Part shown: one piece after another, positions 11,790 through 23,900 of the stretch
How positions within the stretch are numbered: the first letter of the stretch is position 1
Layout of the letters: every line of letters starts with the position of its first letter
Source: Octopus sinensis
Taxonomy: Eukaryota
Length of the DNA stretch: 64,000 nucleotides
Assembly: GCF_006345805.1 (NCBI RefSeq)
Contig: NC_043008.1
Span: forward strand, 12,772,001 to 12,836,000
Reading direction: 5' to 3'
Position numbers and translations under genes: made by a program
The notes under the pieces: model-generated
Told to the model about the DNA's origin: nothing
The model's input: the letters and a program-made list of their open reading frames with translations, nothing else
The model's database searches: none

Positions 11790-11988
11790 GTGACCGCGTG
11801 TGTACCGTTGGCGATTTTTTTCCTCCGTCTTCCCTTCTTTGGATCTTTCCCTTTTCCTATGTTTCTGACGAAGACCTCCGCTCGAAACGTTAAACCCTCC
11901 TTCTTTCCTGAGCGTCCAATAATACTATACTTGTTTCTCGTCCTCGCGTTGTTGTGTTTACTCTTTGTGTTTTCATGTTTGGATTATA
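11790..11988 (+). mobile_element. Short hammerhead-bearing Penelope-like element (subfamily H1) ending in (TA)n
   Basis: Homologous to 51683-51832; hammerhead motif at 11861-11895. Confidence 0.7.
11861..11895 (+). ncRNA. Minimal type-I hammerhead ribozyme motif
   Basis: GTTT-CTGACGA-A-GACC-TCC-GCTC-GAAA-CG-TT-AAAC. Stem I GTTT/AAAC, stem II with one mismatch, palindromic ACGT in place of stem III. Confidence 0.7.
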
Positions 11989-12508
11989 TATATATATATA
12001 TATATATATTTATAGAAATATCTACGCGCGTGTGCGCATGCACACACTGACTCCCATACGAATGGGGTGAGAAACGGTGAAAAGTAACAGTCAACAAAAT
12101 TGGGAGAAGTAGTAATTTTAGATAACGATTCGACTGAGCTGCTTACGTCGGTTTAATCCAAGGAACTTTAAGTCATATGGATCTAGGTCAAACCGTTATC
12201 ACTATACATACACATATATACACGCATGTACACCCATATATATATACATACACTCATATATACGCTACTTTCTTAATTATATCTATTCTTGTACTTCCCT
12301 TCTTCTTGTAGTCATGTGGTTTCCCTTTGTATCTCCTTATTGCAGGAATGCCGTACCTCCATATTCTTTCTCATTGTATGACTTGCTTCCATTTATTTAA
12401 GGAATTAGTTGCCAAATATTACATGTATATGGAATGTAAAATGTATACCTATGTTAAACATGTAATACGAGTAACAAATTGTGTATTAATATATCAATTA
12501 CTGTAATG

Positions 12509-12852
12509 CGGCGTGAAGGCGCATGGCTCAGTGGTTAGAGCGTCAAGCTTACGATCGTGAGGTTTTGAGTTCGATTCCCGGACTGGGCTGCGTGTAGTGT
12601 TCTTGAGCAAGACACTTTATTTCAGGTTGCTCTAGTTAACTCGGCTGAAGAATTGAGTTGCGACATCACTGGTGTCATGTTGTATCGGCCCCTTTGCCTT
12701 TCCCTTGGATAACATCAATGATATGGAGAGGGGAGGCTGATATGCATGGGCGACTGCTGGTCCTCCATAAACAACCTTGCCCGGATTTGTACTCCGGAGG
12801 GTAACTTTCTAGGTGCAATCCCACGATCATTCATGACCGAAGGGTGACTCCC
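12509..12852 (+). mobile_element. tRNA-derived CORE-type SINE family C
   Basis: A-box tggctcagtgg, B-box gttcgattcc, CORE-like cttgagcaagacact, and a distinct 3' tail. Confidence 0.85.
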
Positions 12853-12859
12853 ACTGTAA

Positions 12860-13075
12860 GGCGGTGAGCTAACAGAATCGCAAGAACGCTGGGGGGAATG
12901 TTTAACGTTCTTTCGTCCGTGTTTATATTGTGTGTTCTTATTTCGCCATGATCGACCTTGCCATCCATTCTTTCGGTGCCGATAAAATAAGTACCAGTTT
13001 AGCACAGGGGTCGATATAATCAACTACACCTCACCTCCAAACTTGGTGCTCTTGTGCCAAAACTTCAAACGAATA
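12860..13075 (+). mobile_element. SINE family B, degenerate, tail 2
   Basis: ggcggtgagctaacagaatc...cgataaaataagtaccag...ggggtcgatataatc. Confidence 0.75.
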
Positions 13076-13443
13076 TATTGATTACTCTATATCTCAAGAT
13101 GCCTGAATTTGTTTCTACCATGCCGCTTTTAGGTATTTTTCTAATATACATACGATCTCGAACCCACAATAGAAAAACTAGAGAGACAGAAACAGAGACA
13201 AAAAAGGAAAATGCCACTTGTACTTGAACACTATGCAAATATACTTTAAAAAATCTTTTCTTTTAAATTTTTGAAAATTTAATTGTTTTCCATACTTACA
13301 GTTGAAAAAATCTCAATGACTGAAACCAGTACAGAAATGTTCTTTATAAAATTTTTTAGCATTTTCTACCTTGATTGTTTTTCCAAATATATCAACTCGT
13401 GTGTTCCTTTCACCTTTTACATGTAATATATCTATTATATATA

Positions 13444-13484
<41 letters not shown>

Positions 13485-14293
13485 TATATATATAAACTGT
13501 TGTTTCTAGTGAGAGTCATTTTCTTTTTGTGTCTTATAAATTAACACACTCACCAGTAACATTTCCACTTCTTTCTTATTTTTATTTTTATTTTAATTTA
13601 TAAGGCACAAAAAGAAAATTGCTTTCCCCAGACACAACAGAATATGCTTCAACACACGAACTCACATAAAGAATCATGCAAACCAAATCTCCAAATGAAA
13701 TATATATATATAATATTTGTCTCTTTTTAAAGAAACAAACGTGTTTATAGAACTGCAAAAGAAGTGCTCAAATGTAAATAAGTTTTATGAGTTTAAAAAC
13801 CATGGTGATATTTATATGTGGTTATTTAATGTTTGTTCTTTAACCAATGTTTCTTTATCTTGGTCTCATTTACATTTGATCACTTCTATTGCAGTCCTAT
13901 AAACACTGTTCATATATATATATATATACAAACATTTATTTAATTTTGCATTTAATCCAAATATTTCAATGCTGATTATTGTATCATATAAACACCCAAA
14001 ATATTTATTCAAATATCCTAGAAGGTTTAAGTCAATATTTACGAGTTGTGCTTCATAATTTTTTGTCCTTCAAATGATTATGTATGTTTAGCTGAAGTTG
14101 CATTTGTTTTCTTGTCGTATCTAGCTAATGATAGCGCTGCTCCTGTTTATGCACCCGAGTATTGATACACCCTTTTTCTAGAGGCATAAGCGTATATCGG
14201 TATATACACACATATATTGTTGTTGTAAGATAATACTATTGAGTTGGGTGTAGATCCTCATACATACATACATACACACATACATACATGTAT

Positions 14294-14329
<36 letters not shown>

Positions 14330-14698
14330 CATGTTTCGTTTTGGTATTTGGTTTGCAAGATTGCTTATGAGAATTCGCGTTTTGAAGCATATTTTATTGT
14401 GTGTTGTGTGTTTCGTTGCGGCTCGTAGCCTTCTCAATGGAACGACTATTGAAAAAGTTTTGAGTTGCAACGAAAAATTTAGAAAACAAATAACTCTATG
14501 AGTGGAAATCGGATCCGGTGTGTGTGTTAAATAATACGGCACTAAAAGAGAATGACTCTCCCCATACACAATAATATGTATATATATATAATATATATAT
14601 ACACACACACAACATATATATATATGTAATATGTATGTATGTATTGTGTGTGTATATATACAACACACACTTATATATACATTTATATATATATATAC

Positions 14699-14749
<51 letters not shown>

Positions 14750-16007
14750 TCGCAGGTGTGGCTATGTGGAGAGACGTTTGCTTCCCAAATGCAAGATACT
14801 GGGCTCGATCCTCCCGCTTGGCTCGGTGGATGTGTGTATGCTTGAGTCTTCTTTTCTTGACATAGCATAAGAGTTCGCGGACATGGAAGCTATGACATTC
14901 ATTTCCAGATTTATTCGAGACGATGTCAGGCCTTGGGGTAATATCATCTTTTTTTCAAGTGAATTTTAGCGACAGTAAGGGTATCCGGCTGCAGAAAATC
15001 TGTCTCAGTATACTCCGTTCGATTCATACATGCATTGAAAATTGGGTGTTAAAATGATGCTATGCATGTGTGTGTTTGCGTGTGTGTGTGTATTAGTGTA
15101 TGTATGTGTGCGTGTGCTTGTGTATAAATATATATATTCACACCAACATACAGTTAATCACAGAACAGAAAAGTATTTTGTAATTCACACTATACTAAAA
15201 ATTCTTAAACACTCCACAGATTTTTCCTCTACACTCTTAATGACAAAAAAAATTACACATACGTTTTCTCCAATGAAAATTACACATATTTCAGGCAATA
15301 AGTCTCAAATCTATTATGGTGATTAAAATGAAAGAGTAGACGCTAATTTTACATGCAATGCAATGTAATGATAACATGCCTAAAGATGTAAAAAGTAAAT
15401 AATTTACTAACGAAACACATTATGAAGAGAACGTTTTTTAGAAAGATAATTAAAAGTATATTTTGACAAGTCAGTTGTTTTTGCGGCATTCACGTCACAT
15501 TAAATTTATTAGGTTTCCTACACACAAGAGATTTCATGCAGATTGACATTAGCCTTAATTTGTGTCATATGTATATATATACATATATATATATATGTGT
15601 GTGGTGCAAATATACACTTATACACTTGCGTATCACACGCAAATGTCTCAGATATATCGGTATTTGCATAATTTTGGATCTTGACATGTACAAGGGAGAT
15701 AAACAGGAACGTAATTAGCGAGATGAGTGCGGATAAAAATCACAAACAGAGATTACCGATAATTCCTCCACACTTTAGTGTAATATTTGGGAGCGAGAAT
15801 ATTGACTGAATGAAACTGTCTCAGAAGTTAAAATAAAGAACTTTGCAACCAAAACTTATCTTTATCATTGAAAATGGAAGTATTTATTGACAATGTTGTA
15901 TCGGAGTGGAATTTTAGGCGAGAGCCGGGAAATGGAAGCTAAAATTGTGAGAATTCAATAAACCCCAGAAACAAAACTGTTATGTAATTTTATAATGCTT
16001 TCTAATA

Positions 16008-16420
16008 GGCGCAGGAGTGGCTGTGTGGTAAGTAGCTTGCTAACCAACCACATGGTTCCGGGTTCAGTCCCACTGCGTGGCATCTTGGGCAAGTGTCTTC
16101 TGCTATAACCCGGGCCGACCAATGCTTTGTGAGTGGATTTGGTAGACGGAAACTGAAAGAAGCCCGTCGTATATATGTATATGTATATATGTATGTGTGT
16201 GTTTGTGTGTCTGTGTTTGTTCCCCTAGCATTGCTTGACAACCGATGCTGGTGTGTTTACGTCCCCGTCACTTAGCGGTTCGGCAAAAGAGACCGATAGA
16301 ATAAGTACTGGGCTTACAAAGAATAAGTCCCGGGGTCGATTTGCTCGATTAAAGGCGGTGCTCCATCATGGCCGCAGTTAAATGACTGAAACAAGTAAAA
16401 GAGTAAAAGAGTAAAGAGTA
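16008..16420 (+). mobile_element. SINE family A, full-length reference copy
   Basis: ggcgcaggagtggctgtgtggtaag...ggttcagtcccactgcgtggcatcttgggcaagtg...(TA/TG)...aaatgactgaaacaag(taaaagag)n. Confidence 0.95.
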
Positions 16421-16424
16421 ATTT

Positions 16425-16835
16425 AGGCGTAAGACCAGCAACAAATTTGGGTGAGAGGATTAGATTATATCGACACTAATATCCAACTGGTACTTATTTT
16501 ATTGACCCCCACCCCACGAGAAGATTAGAGGCAAAATCGACCACCGCGGAATTTGAACTCAAACGTAAAGACGGATGAAATGTCGCTAAGCATTTTGTCC
16601 GGTGCCTTAATGATTCTGCCAAATCGCCGCCTTTATGCTATGCATAATATTGCTTTGTATTATAGGCACAAGGCCTGAAATTTTGTAGTGCTTGGCTGGT
16701 ACTTATTTTGTCAACCTCAAAAAGATGAAAGGCAAAGTCGACCACCGGAGAATTCGAACCCAGAACGTAACGACCAACAAAATGTCGCTAAGTATTCTGG
16801 TCGACGTGCTACTGATTCTGCCAACTGGCCGCTTT
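16425..16835 (-). mobile_element. Two adjacent degenerate SINE family B copies (tail 2)
   Basis: Heads end at ~16632 and ~16833; both carry ggaatttgaactc / gtcgac body motifs. Confidence 0.8.
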
Positions 16836-17189
16836 CAGGCTATGTATAAGGGTAATAAAAGATGCGCAGGTTTAGGGGAAAGCATGGCTGTTGGCTTAGA
16901 AGCTCCCTCTGAAACCATGTTTCTTTTCGTTCAGTTCTCTTGTATGCTTCCACTGTCTTGTGTTTGTTCTCAACTTTGGCCCTCCATAAATCCCTAATTT
17001 TATTTTGATATTTATGGCAGCAACCGTCTTCGAAGACTCATATTGTCGTTCAATGCTTGGAAAGAGTGGAGAGACTGACGACAACTGATGAACGGTCGTT
17101 CTTTAGGTTACTTGCCCTGTTTTCCTTGTGTATTGAACTCATTTGTTTTCGTATTTCATGTTGTTTATTCTTGGTGATATCCTGTACCC

Positions 17190-17190
17190 A

Positions 17191-17289
<99 letters not shown>

Positions 17290-17324
17290 ATGTCTGTATA
17301 TCTATCTATCTATCTATATGTCTG

Positions 17325-17400
<76 letters not shown>
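17190..17400 (+). repeat. (TATC)n microsatellite
   Basis: Directly visible. Confidence 0.95.
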
Positions 17401-17408
<8 letters not shown>

Positions 17409-17512
17409 TATGTACACAAACACACACATATGTATCTTTATATATGTGTATATATATGTACGTGCATAAATATATTTATACGTGCATAAACACACACACA
17501 CACACACATATA

Positions 17513-18397
17513 TACATGGAAAGTAACTAGGCATTAGAAATAACTTATGGATTTTTTTGTATTGTTCGAGTCATGACGAAAACATGTTTTAAACAGCCAC
17601 CACTAATGGGAATTTCCTATTTTCTTATTGTCTTACATCTTATTTCTCATTTTCCAGATGACCGGTCGCTTGACTTTTCAGAAGCGAGCTAAGATAGCAA
17701 CACGCTATGAAGTCTGCAAATCCATTGTTTTGATTCAGAGATGGTGGCGTGCATGGAAAGGCAGGTATGCAACACTATGCACAGAGACAATAAGACTTTG
17801 TCATGCAAAGCTGATGCCTACGGGCTCTATGTACGATGCAAGAAGAAGTGGCCTTCCGACCACATCCCGATCATTGGAGAACGTGGCAACAGTGCAGAGA
17901 ATTATTAATCAACAGGTCAAGCGGCTTGTGAGACTGGACTTACAAGGCAGATGGTGTTGCATAGAGAACTGAATTTTCGTCCATGAACACCCCATTATGT
18001 GCAGGAGTTAAAACCTAAAGATTGTGACGCCAGAAGTCCAGAACTCCAAGAACACCAGAACTCCCAGAAGTCCAGATCTCACTCCATGTGATTTTTAACT
18101 GTGGATTTACACATAAGAAGTGTTCAAGACAAAAACTCTCACACTGCGGGATTTGGAGATACGGATTCAGGAGGTTCTCAATGATATCCCAGGCTACGTT
18201 CTTCCGAAGGTTGCTCATTCCATCCCTGGCTGTTTGAGGAAACTAGTTGATGCCACATGTGCTTTTTTGAAATATGAAGACTTACTTTCATTTTCCCACA
18301 TAATAAAGAACATGTACCATTTGTTTCAATAAATTTGTAAAAGTAAACAGATTTATTACTACTTTTTAATGCCTATTTACTTTTCACCCACCCTGTA
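17513..18397 (+). mobile_element. Internally deleted Tc1/mariner element (rosa/DD41D-like, inferred)
   Basis: N-term MTGRLTFQKRAKIATRYEVCKSIVLIQRWWR...TGSMYDARRSGLP. C-term PRSPDLTPCDF.LW...TKTLTLRDLEIRIQEVL. Right TIR ...cctatttacttttcacccaccctg+TA; degenerate left TIR aaagtaactaggcattagaaa. Confidence 0.85.
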
Positions 18398-18416
18398 TAA
18401 TATATGTATGTATAGG

Positions 18417-18458
<42 letters not shown>

Positions 18459-18909
18459 ATATATATCTATATATATATATATATATTATGTATATGTATG
18501 TATATATATATATATATATTATATATATATATATATATATGTATATAGGCAACTTTTTCCCCCTCCTCAATTATATTAAAAAAAAATGTTTTTCACCTTA
18601 CAATTCTTGAAAAGTCGCATTGCCACGAAAACCGGTTAGAGTTAATATTTTTTTTTTAAATTAAAATATTTTCCATACATCCATTTTCATTAAAATTTAC
18701 GTTGAATTTATCATTCCGCCTTTTTATAATTTTTCCTTGCCTATCATTTCTCTACGTGCGGTCTACACAACCCCACCATTTATTGATTTATTATATATAT
18801 ATAGAGAGAGAGAGACACACACACACACGTACATGCACACACACACACGTATATGTAGTATGTATGCATACTACTGCTCAACGACCATCACTGCTTTATA
18901 TCTTGTACG

Positions 18910-19045
18910 CCCCAGTAACTTAGCGGTTCAGAGAATATGTACTAGAATAGAAATGAGTCCTGGGATAGATTCGTTCGATTGAAATACTTCTAGGCGAAGC
19001 CCTAGCCTGGGTGCAGACCAACCATTGCAACAGGTAAATAATTAA
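18910..19045 (+). mobile_element. SINE family A 3' module, degenerate
   Basis: cagtaacttagcggttc...gtactagaatagaaatgagtcctgggatagattcgttcgattgaa. Confidence 0.6.
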
Positions 19046-19341
19046 AACGTGGAATGAAAGATATAATTCAAGAAATGGCCGAAATATCATGGGGTTGTCA
19101 TTTGGAAACACCACGAGATCCGAAAAGGAGTTTGAAAGAATGTTTTGAAGCTGGGCTGAGAGTAAAAGATGAATTTTGATAAGATCTTGAAAGGGATTAG
19201 TGATGGATGTTACAGCAGAGACAAGATGAGTTTGGAGACAAACGGGTGGAACGGGCTTCAAGATAGGTATGTACAGCAAATGACTGCTGCGTCAAGAGAG
19301 AAAGAGAATTACACACAGATATATACATACGTACACACCAC

Positions 19342-19372
<31 letters not shown>

Positions 19373-19602
19373 GTATATACATCTATGTATATATATATGC
19401 ATGTATATATATGTATATATGTATCTATCTATACTTATCTATGTATATATATATATATATGTGTGTATGTATGTATTTATATGTATGTGCGTATATATAT
19501 GTGTGTGTGAGTGAATGTGTATACACACACATACATGTTCGTGTCTGCGTTTATAGATATATACGCACATATTTATATGCACACATATATATATATATAT
19601 AT

Positions 19603-19633
<31 letters not shown>

Positions 19634-19860
19634 ATATATATATGTATATATATATATAATATATACATATATACATACAGACACATACATACATACGTAT
19701 ACACACCCATATTAAGGCTGACATTACTCATGCACATATATTCTTTTTTTGCCAGGAATTATCTCTATCATATATATGCATCTTTCTATATATGTTATAT
19801 ATAAATATATACCTATATATAAATATAACATATATATATACGTGCATACATATATATATA

Positions 19861-19927
<67 letters not shown>

Positions 19928-20362
19928 CTTTGAGAGATAGGAAGAGAGAGAGAGAGAGAGAGAAAGAGATGTTGAGGCGTACAATAGCTGGAAAAGAATG
20001 TAATGAGAATATTAACGTAAAATGTGCGCTCGATATGGAGATATATGATATATTGTCATATCCGTTCAAGTCATTTTTCTGCATCAATTCTAAATGGATA
20101 TTACATTGGCCGACTAGATAAGATAGATTTCTTTTATCTCTGTATATTTCCAGTTACATGTACGACTGGTTTGTTGTTGTTATTGGTATTTCGGTTAGTA
20201 GTATTGGAGCTAGTGGTGTTGGTGTCGGTTGTGGTTGTGGTTGTGCTGGTGATGGTGCTTTGTTCTTTTGTGTTTTGGCTTAGTTAAAATTTTGCATTGG
20301 ATTTCAGATTATAACTGTATCTTAACGTTTGTTTATAGAAAACTACTTCCGTAAATAGTACA

Positions 20363-20397
<35 letters not shown>

Positions 20398-20864
20398 GAG
20401 GAGACGCAGACACAGACACAGAAGCAACATAGAGCATAGGTCGTAGTTAAAAATGTCAGCATAGACTGCAGATATCTGATTCTTTTAGGTTTTTTTCTTT
20501 CAAGATTAATCACATACATCTGCGCACAGATACAAAAACACACGATTTCACTGAAAAGCGAATGGTTATATATTCCATGATTGAGCTTGTATGGTATAGA
20601 TAAATAAATACATACATACATACATACATATATATATATATACATACATATATATATATACACATATATATATATATATATATACAGACACACACACACA
20701 TATATATATACGCGTGTATGAATCTATTTGTACGTGTCTATTTACATACATATATGTGTGTATATGTATATGCATATAACTAGATATTAATCCATACGCA
20801 CAAGCATTTATATATATATATCATACGTACACACAAGCACACGCACCCCTTCCCCACACATATA

Positions 20865-21320
20865 TAAAGGTAAAGACTCTTCTGTGATGATACACTATGG
20901 GCTTGCACCCAGAAGGTTTCCCTCCGTCGTTGATTTGGGTCTGGCTATATCTGCAGAATCTCCCCTCTTCAATAGGGAGAAGAAGAAGGAATCCAAGTTT
21001 CTTAATATATTCTCTTTCATCTCGTAAAGTCGGCATGGAGTCCAATAGTTTTGAAAGGAATGCTTAGACTTAGCCTCAAGGAATATTAACAGGGGAGACT
21101 TTTCAACCTTGCATACATATTTCAGCCCCCTTCTCTTCTCGATTTGGTATTTGTACCAAAATTCATACATTGTTTCAACAAGGAACCAATAGAGATAATC
21201 CGATCAGGTTCCTAACGATAAGTTCAATCACAGGAATAAGCTCTCAGGTGATCACATCTTTATCAGGTACATCTTTCACATCACCGGTGTGGAAGACTTA
21301 GTTAGCTGATCCCCTTCATT
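20865..21320 (-). mobile_element. Probable LINE (RTE-like) 3' remnant sharing its tail with SINE family C
   Basis: Minus-strand cggagggaaaccttctgggtgcaagccca matches the SINE C tail cggagggtaactttctaggtgcaatccca. Weak peptide KRRGLKYVCK upstream. Confidence 0.4.
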
Positions 21321-22085
21321 GAGCATTTGAAATTCGAGTTTGTATTAATGCAGGTGTCGATGCTCTCTTCGCATTTTATTTCTTTAAGCCTTCAGTACCG
21401 CTGCTCTGATGTGTTTTACTATCGAGATTTCATTCTATTTTCTTTCAGTAATGATGATATTGGTCTAGCGTCCCTTGTTGCTGTTTCACTTTACGTATGT
21501 ATGCTATTTCCATCATATATGTTAACTAGCTTGCGGCGTTTTATACAGTTTCGTATTCAAATGTTATTTTTAATAGATTACCATTCCTCAAAGTCCCATT
21601 TTGATTACAATTATAAAAATATAGAGAATAATTGTCACATAGAAATAAAATGATTTTCGAACAGAATAGATTGTATTTATCTCAAGGGTATCGCTGTTTA
21701 CGTAACTGATTTCCAGAGAATGAAACATAATCTTTATAACAAAGATACGTGTGGGCGGTTACTGAAAAGGGAAACTATGTAAATAGGAAAGAAAAACATG
21801 CTTGCTTCTTCCTCTCCCCATCTCTCTGTTTATATATAAGCATATATAGTTTAATGTGCACAGTATATAGCTATGAGCTACTAAAAGTTTCATACATTGG
21901 AGGAATTATCTAGGCAGGTTTTAATAACACGCTTAAGGTATCCAATAATTTGGAGCTCCTGAGCACATGGCTTGTTCAATTTACAAATCAGAACAGTAGA
22001 GCAAAAACTAAAAAAATCACGAGAAAAAACGAGTGCAAAGTGGAGGCAATACCTTAGAAAAATCCATAATATATGTTAAAGTATT

Positions 22086-22518
22086 ACTCATTCTTATTTG
22101 CTCATTTACTTGTTTCAGTTATTTGACTGCAGCCATACTGGAGCATCACCTTTAGTCGAGCAAATCGACCCCAGGACTTATTCTTTGTAAGCCTAGTATT
22201 TATTCTATCGGTATCTTTTGCCGAACCGCTAATTTACGGGGATGTAAACACACTACCATCAGTTCTCAAGCGATGTTGAGGGGACAAACACAAACACACA
22301 AGCATATACACAACACATACATATATACATATATATCATATACATATATATTATATATATATATATATAATATATATAATAAATTTATACAGTAGGCTTC
22401 TTTCAGTTTCAGTCTCCCAAATCCACTCACAAGGCTTTGGTCGGCCTGAGGCTATATTAGAAGACAGTTGCCCAAGGTTCCATGCAGTGGGACTGAACCC
22501 GGAACCATGTGGTTCGTA
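22086..22518 (-). mobile_element. SINE family A, 5'-truncated
   Basis: Reverse complement of the family A consensus. Confidence 0.9.
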
Positions 22519-22766
22519 AGAAAGCCCGTCGTATATAGGTATATATATATGTATGTGTGTGTATGTGTTTGTCCCCCTACCATCGCTTGACAACCGATGC
22601 TGGTGTGTTTACGTCTCCGTAACTTATCGGTTCGACAAAAGAGACCGATAGAATAAGTACTAGGCTTACAAAGAATAAGTCCTGGGTTCGATTTGCTCGA
22701 CTAAAAGACGGAGCTCCAGCATGGCAGCAGTCAAATGACTGAAACAAGTAAAAGAGTAAAAGAGTA
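22519..22766 (+). mobile_element. SINE family A 3' half, inverted relative to the adjacent copy
   Basis: Starts aagaaagcccgtcg, ends gtaaaagagtaaaagagta. Confidence 0.9.
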
Positions 22767-23510
22767 TATCACCATTGAATGATTCTCTATATGTTCACTA
22801 TTTGTCTAGCTTGCAGCGTGTATTGTATCACAGCTTATAGTGCCTTCATGAGGTAAGCTTAGCAGTGAAGCCCATTATTGTCTATATAGAAGTGTATGTT
22901 ATTTTATTCTGTAGAAATAGTTTGCTAATATCTAGAAGAATAGAGTTTAGAAGATATTATTGAACGTTGGTGTACAACAGATTCATAGAATGTTTGTAAA
23001 AGAGAGCGACTCGGCGTAGGTGACAACAGTGCTGTCTGAAGAAAAAAAAACACTTACTATCATGTCTGTTTGAGGCAGAATGAGAACCCATATCTACAAC
23101 CTATTCTAGAGTTTTTACAATCTAAAGAATCTGCTGACTATATTCACTAAACGAAGCTAAAACGTTTTGAATTGTTTTTAGGGTAAAACGAAGGAAGTGT
23201 AGAGAGAATGACATACATTTTCATATTGATTATCTACAAGCAACAAAATTATTTCACTTATATCTATTTTTGTTGTCTTTTCACGCGTCGAAAATAATTT
23301 AAAGCAAAGTCATTTATCATATATTTATTTACATCGCTGACATTCAAATTATGAACTGATGAGAGATCGATGTTCTTATTATCAAATAACAGTACAACGA
23401 ACGAATTGATTTGCAACAAATATCCTCAAAACGAAATCTAAAGTGATAATGCAATAAAAATGAATTAAAATTATTAAAGGCTGTTTTATTGGTTTCCACC
23501 TAAAAACAAA

Positions 23511-23900
23511 TCTCTCTATATAAAGCTGAAGTTGTGTGTGTGTGGCAGGTTTGGTAGCATTCGACTAACGCTATTTCCTCCGAGACCCTGCGGCACAAGT
23601 TGACCAAAATTGAGGGTATGATAGAAGAAGGTTCGCTCTACATTCCGTTGAAGAGGAAATTCAAATCGGACCATGTTAAGACCACAAATTATTTACATCA
23701 AAAAGGTGCTTTTTTCTATGAAAATCTCTATTTTTTACGATGTTTTTAACTGCTGTGTTGCCATTTTTCGGTGTATTTCAACCAGAAAAGTGTTCACTTA
23801 AAGAGAATAACAAACTACATAATACAAATGTTTTACTTTTCGAAAATTCCCATTCTAAAGGGTCGAAACAAACCCGAGCAACGCCGGGCGATACTGCTAG
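23511..23900 (+). mobile_element. Non-autonomous Helitron, 390 bp
   Basis: A|TCTCTCTATATAAA 5' end; subterminal hairpin CCCGAGCAACGCCGGG (23873-23888); 3' CTAG|T; no TSD. Confidence 0.9.

Noticed and set aside
12516-12590. tRNA genes (also 43870-43942 and 45241-45303)
   Set aside because: They have A/B boxes but continue into SINE bodies, lack a closed acceptor stem, and recur as interspersed copies.
14850-15010. Minus-strand RPDIV motif suggesting a second restriction-like endonuclease fragment
   Set aside because: A single 5-residue match with no supporting downstream motifs.
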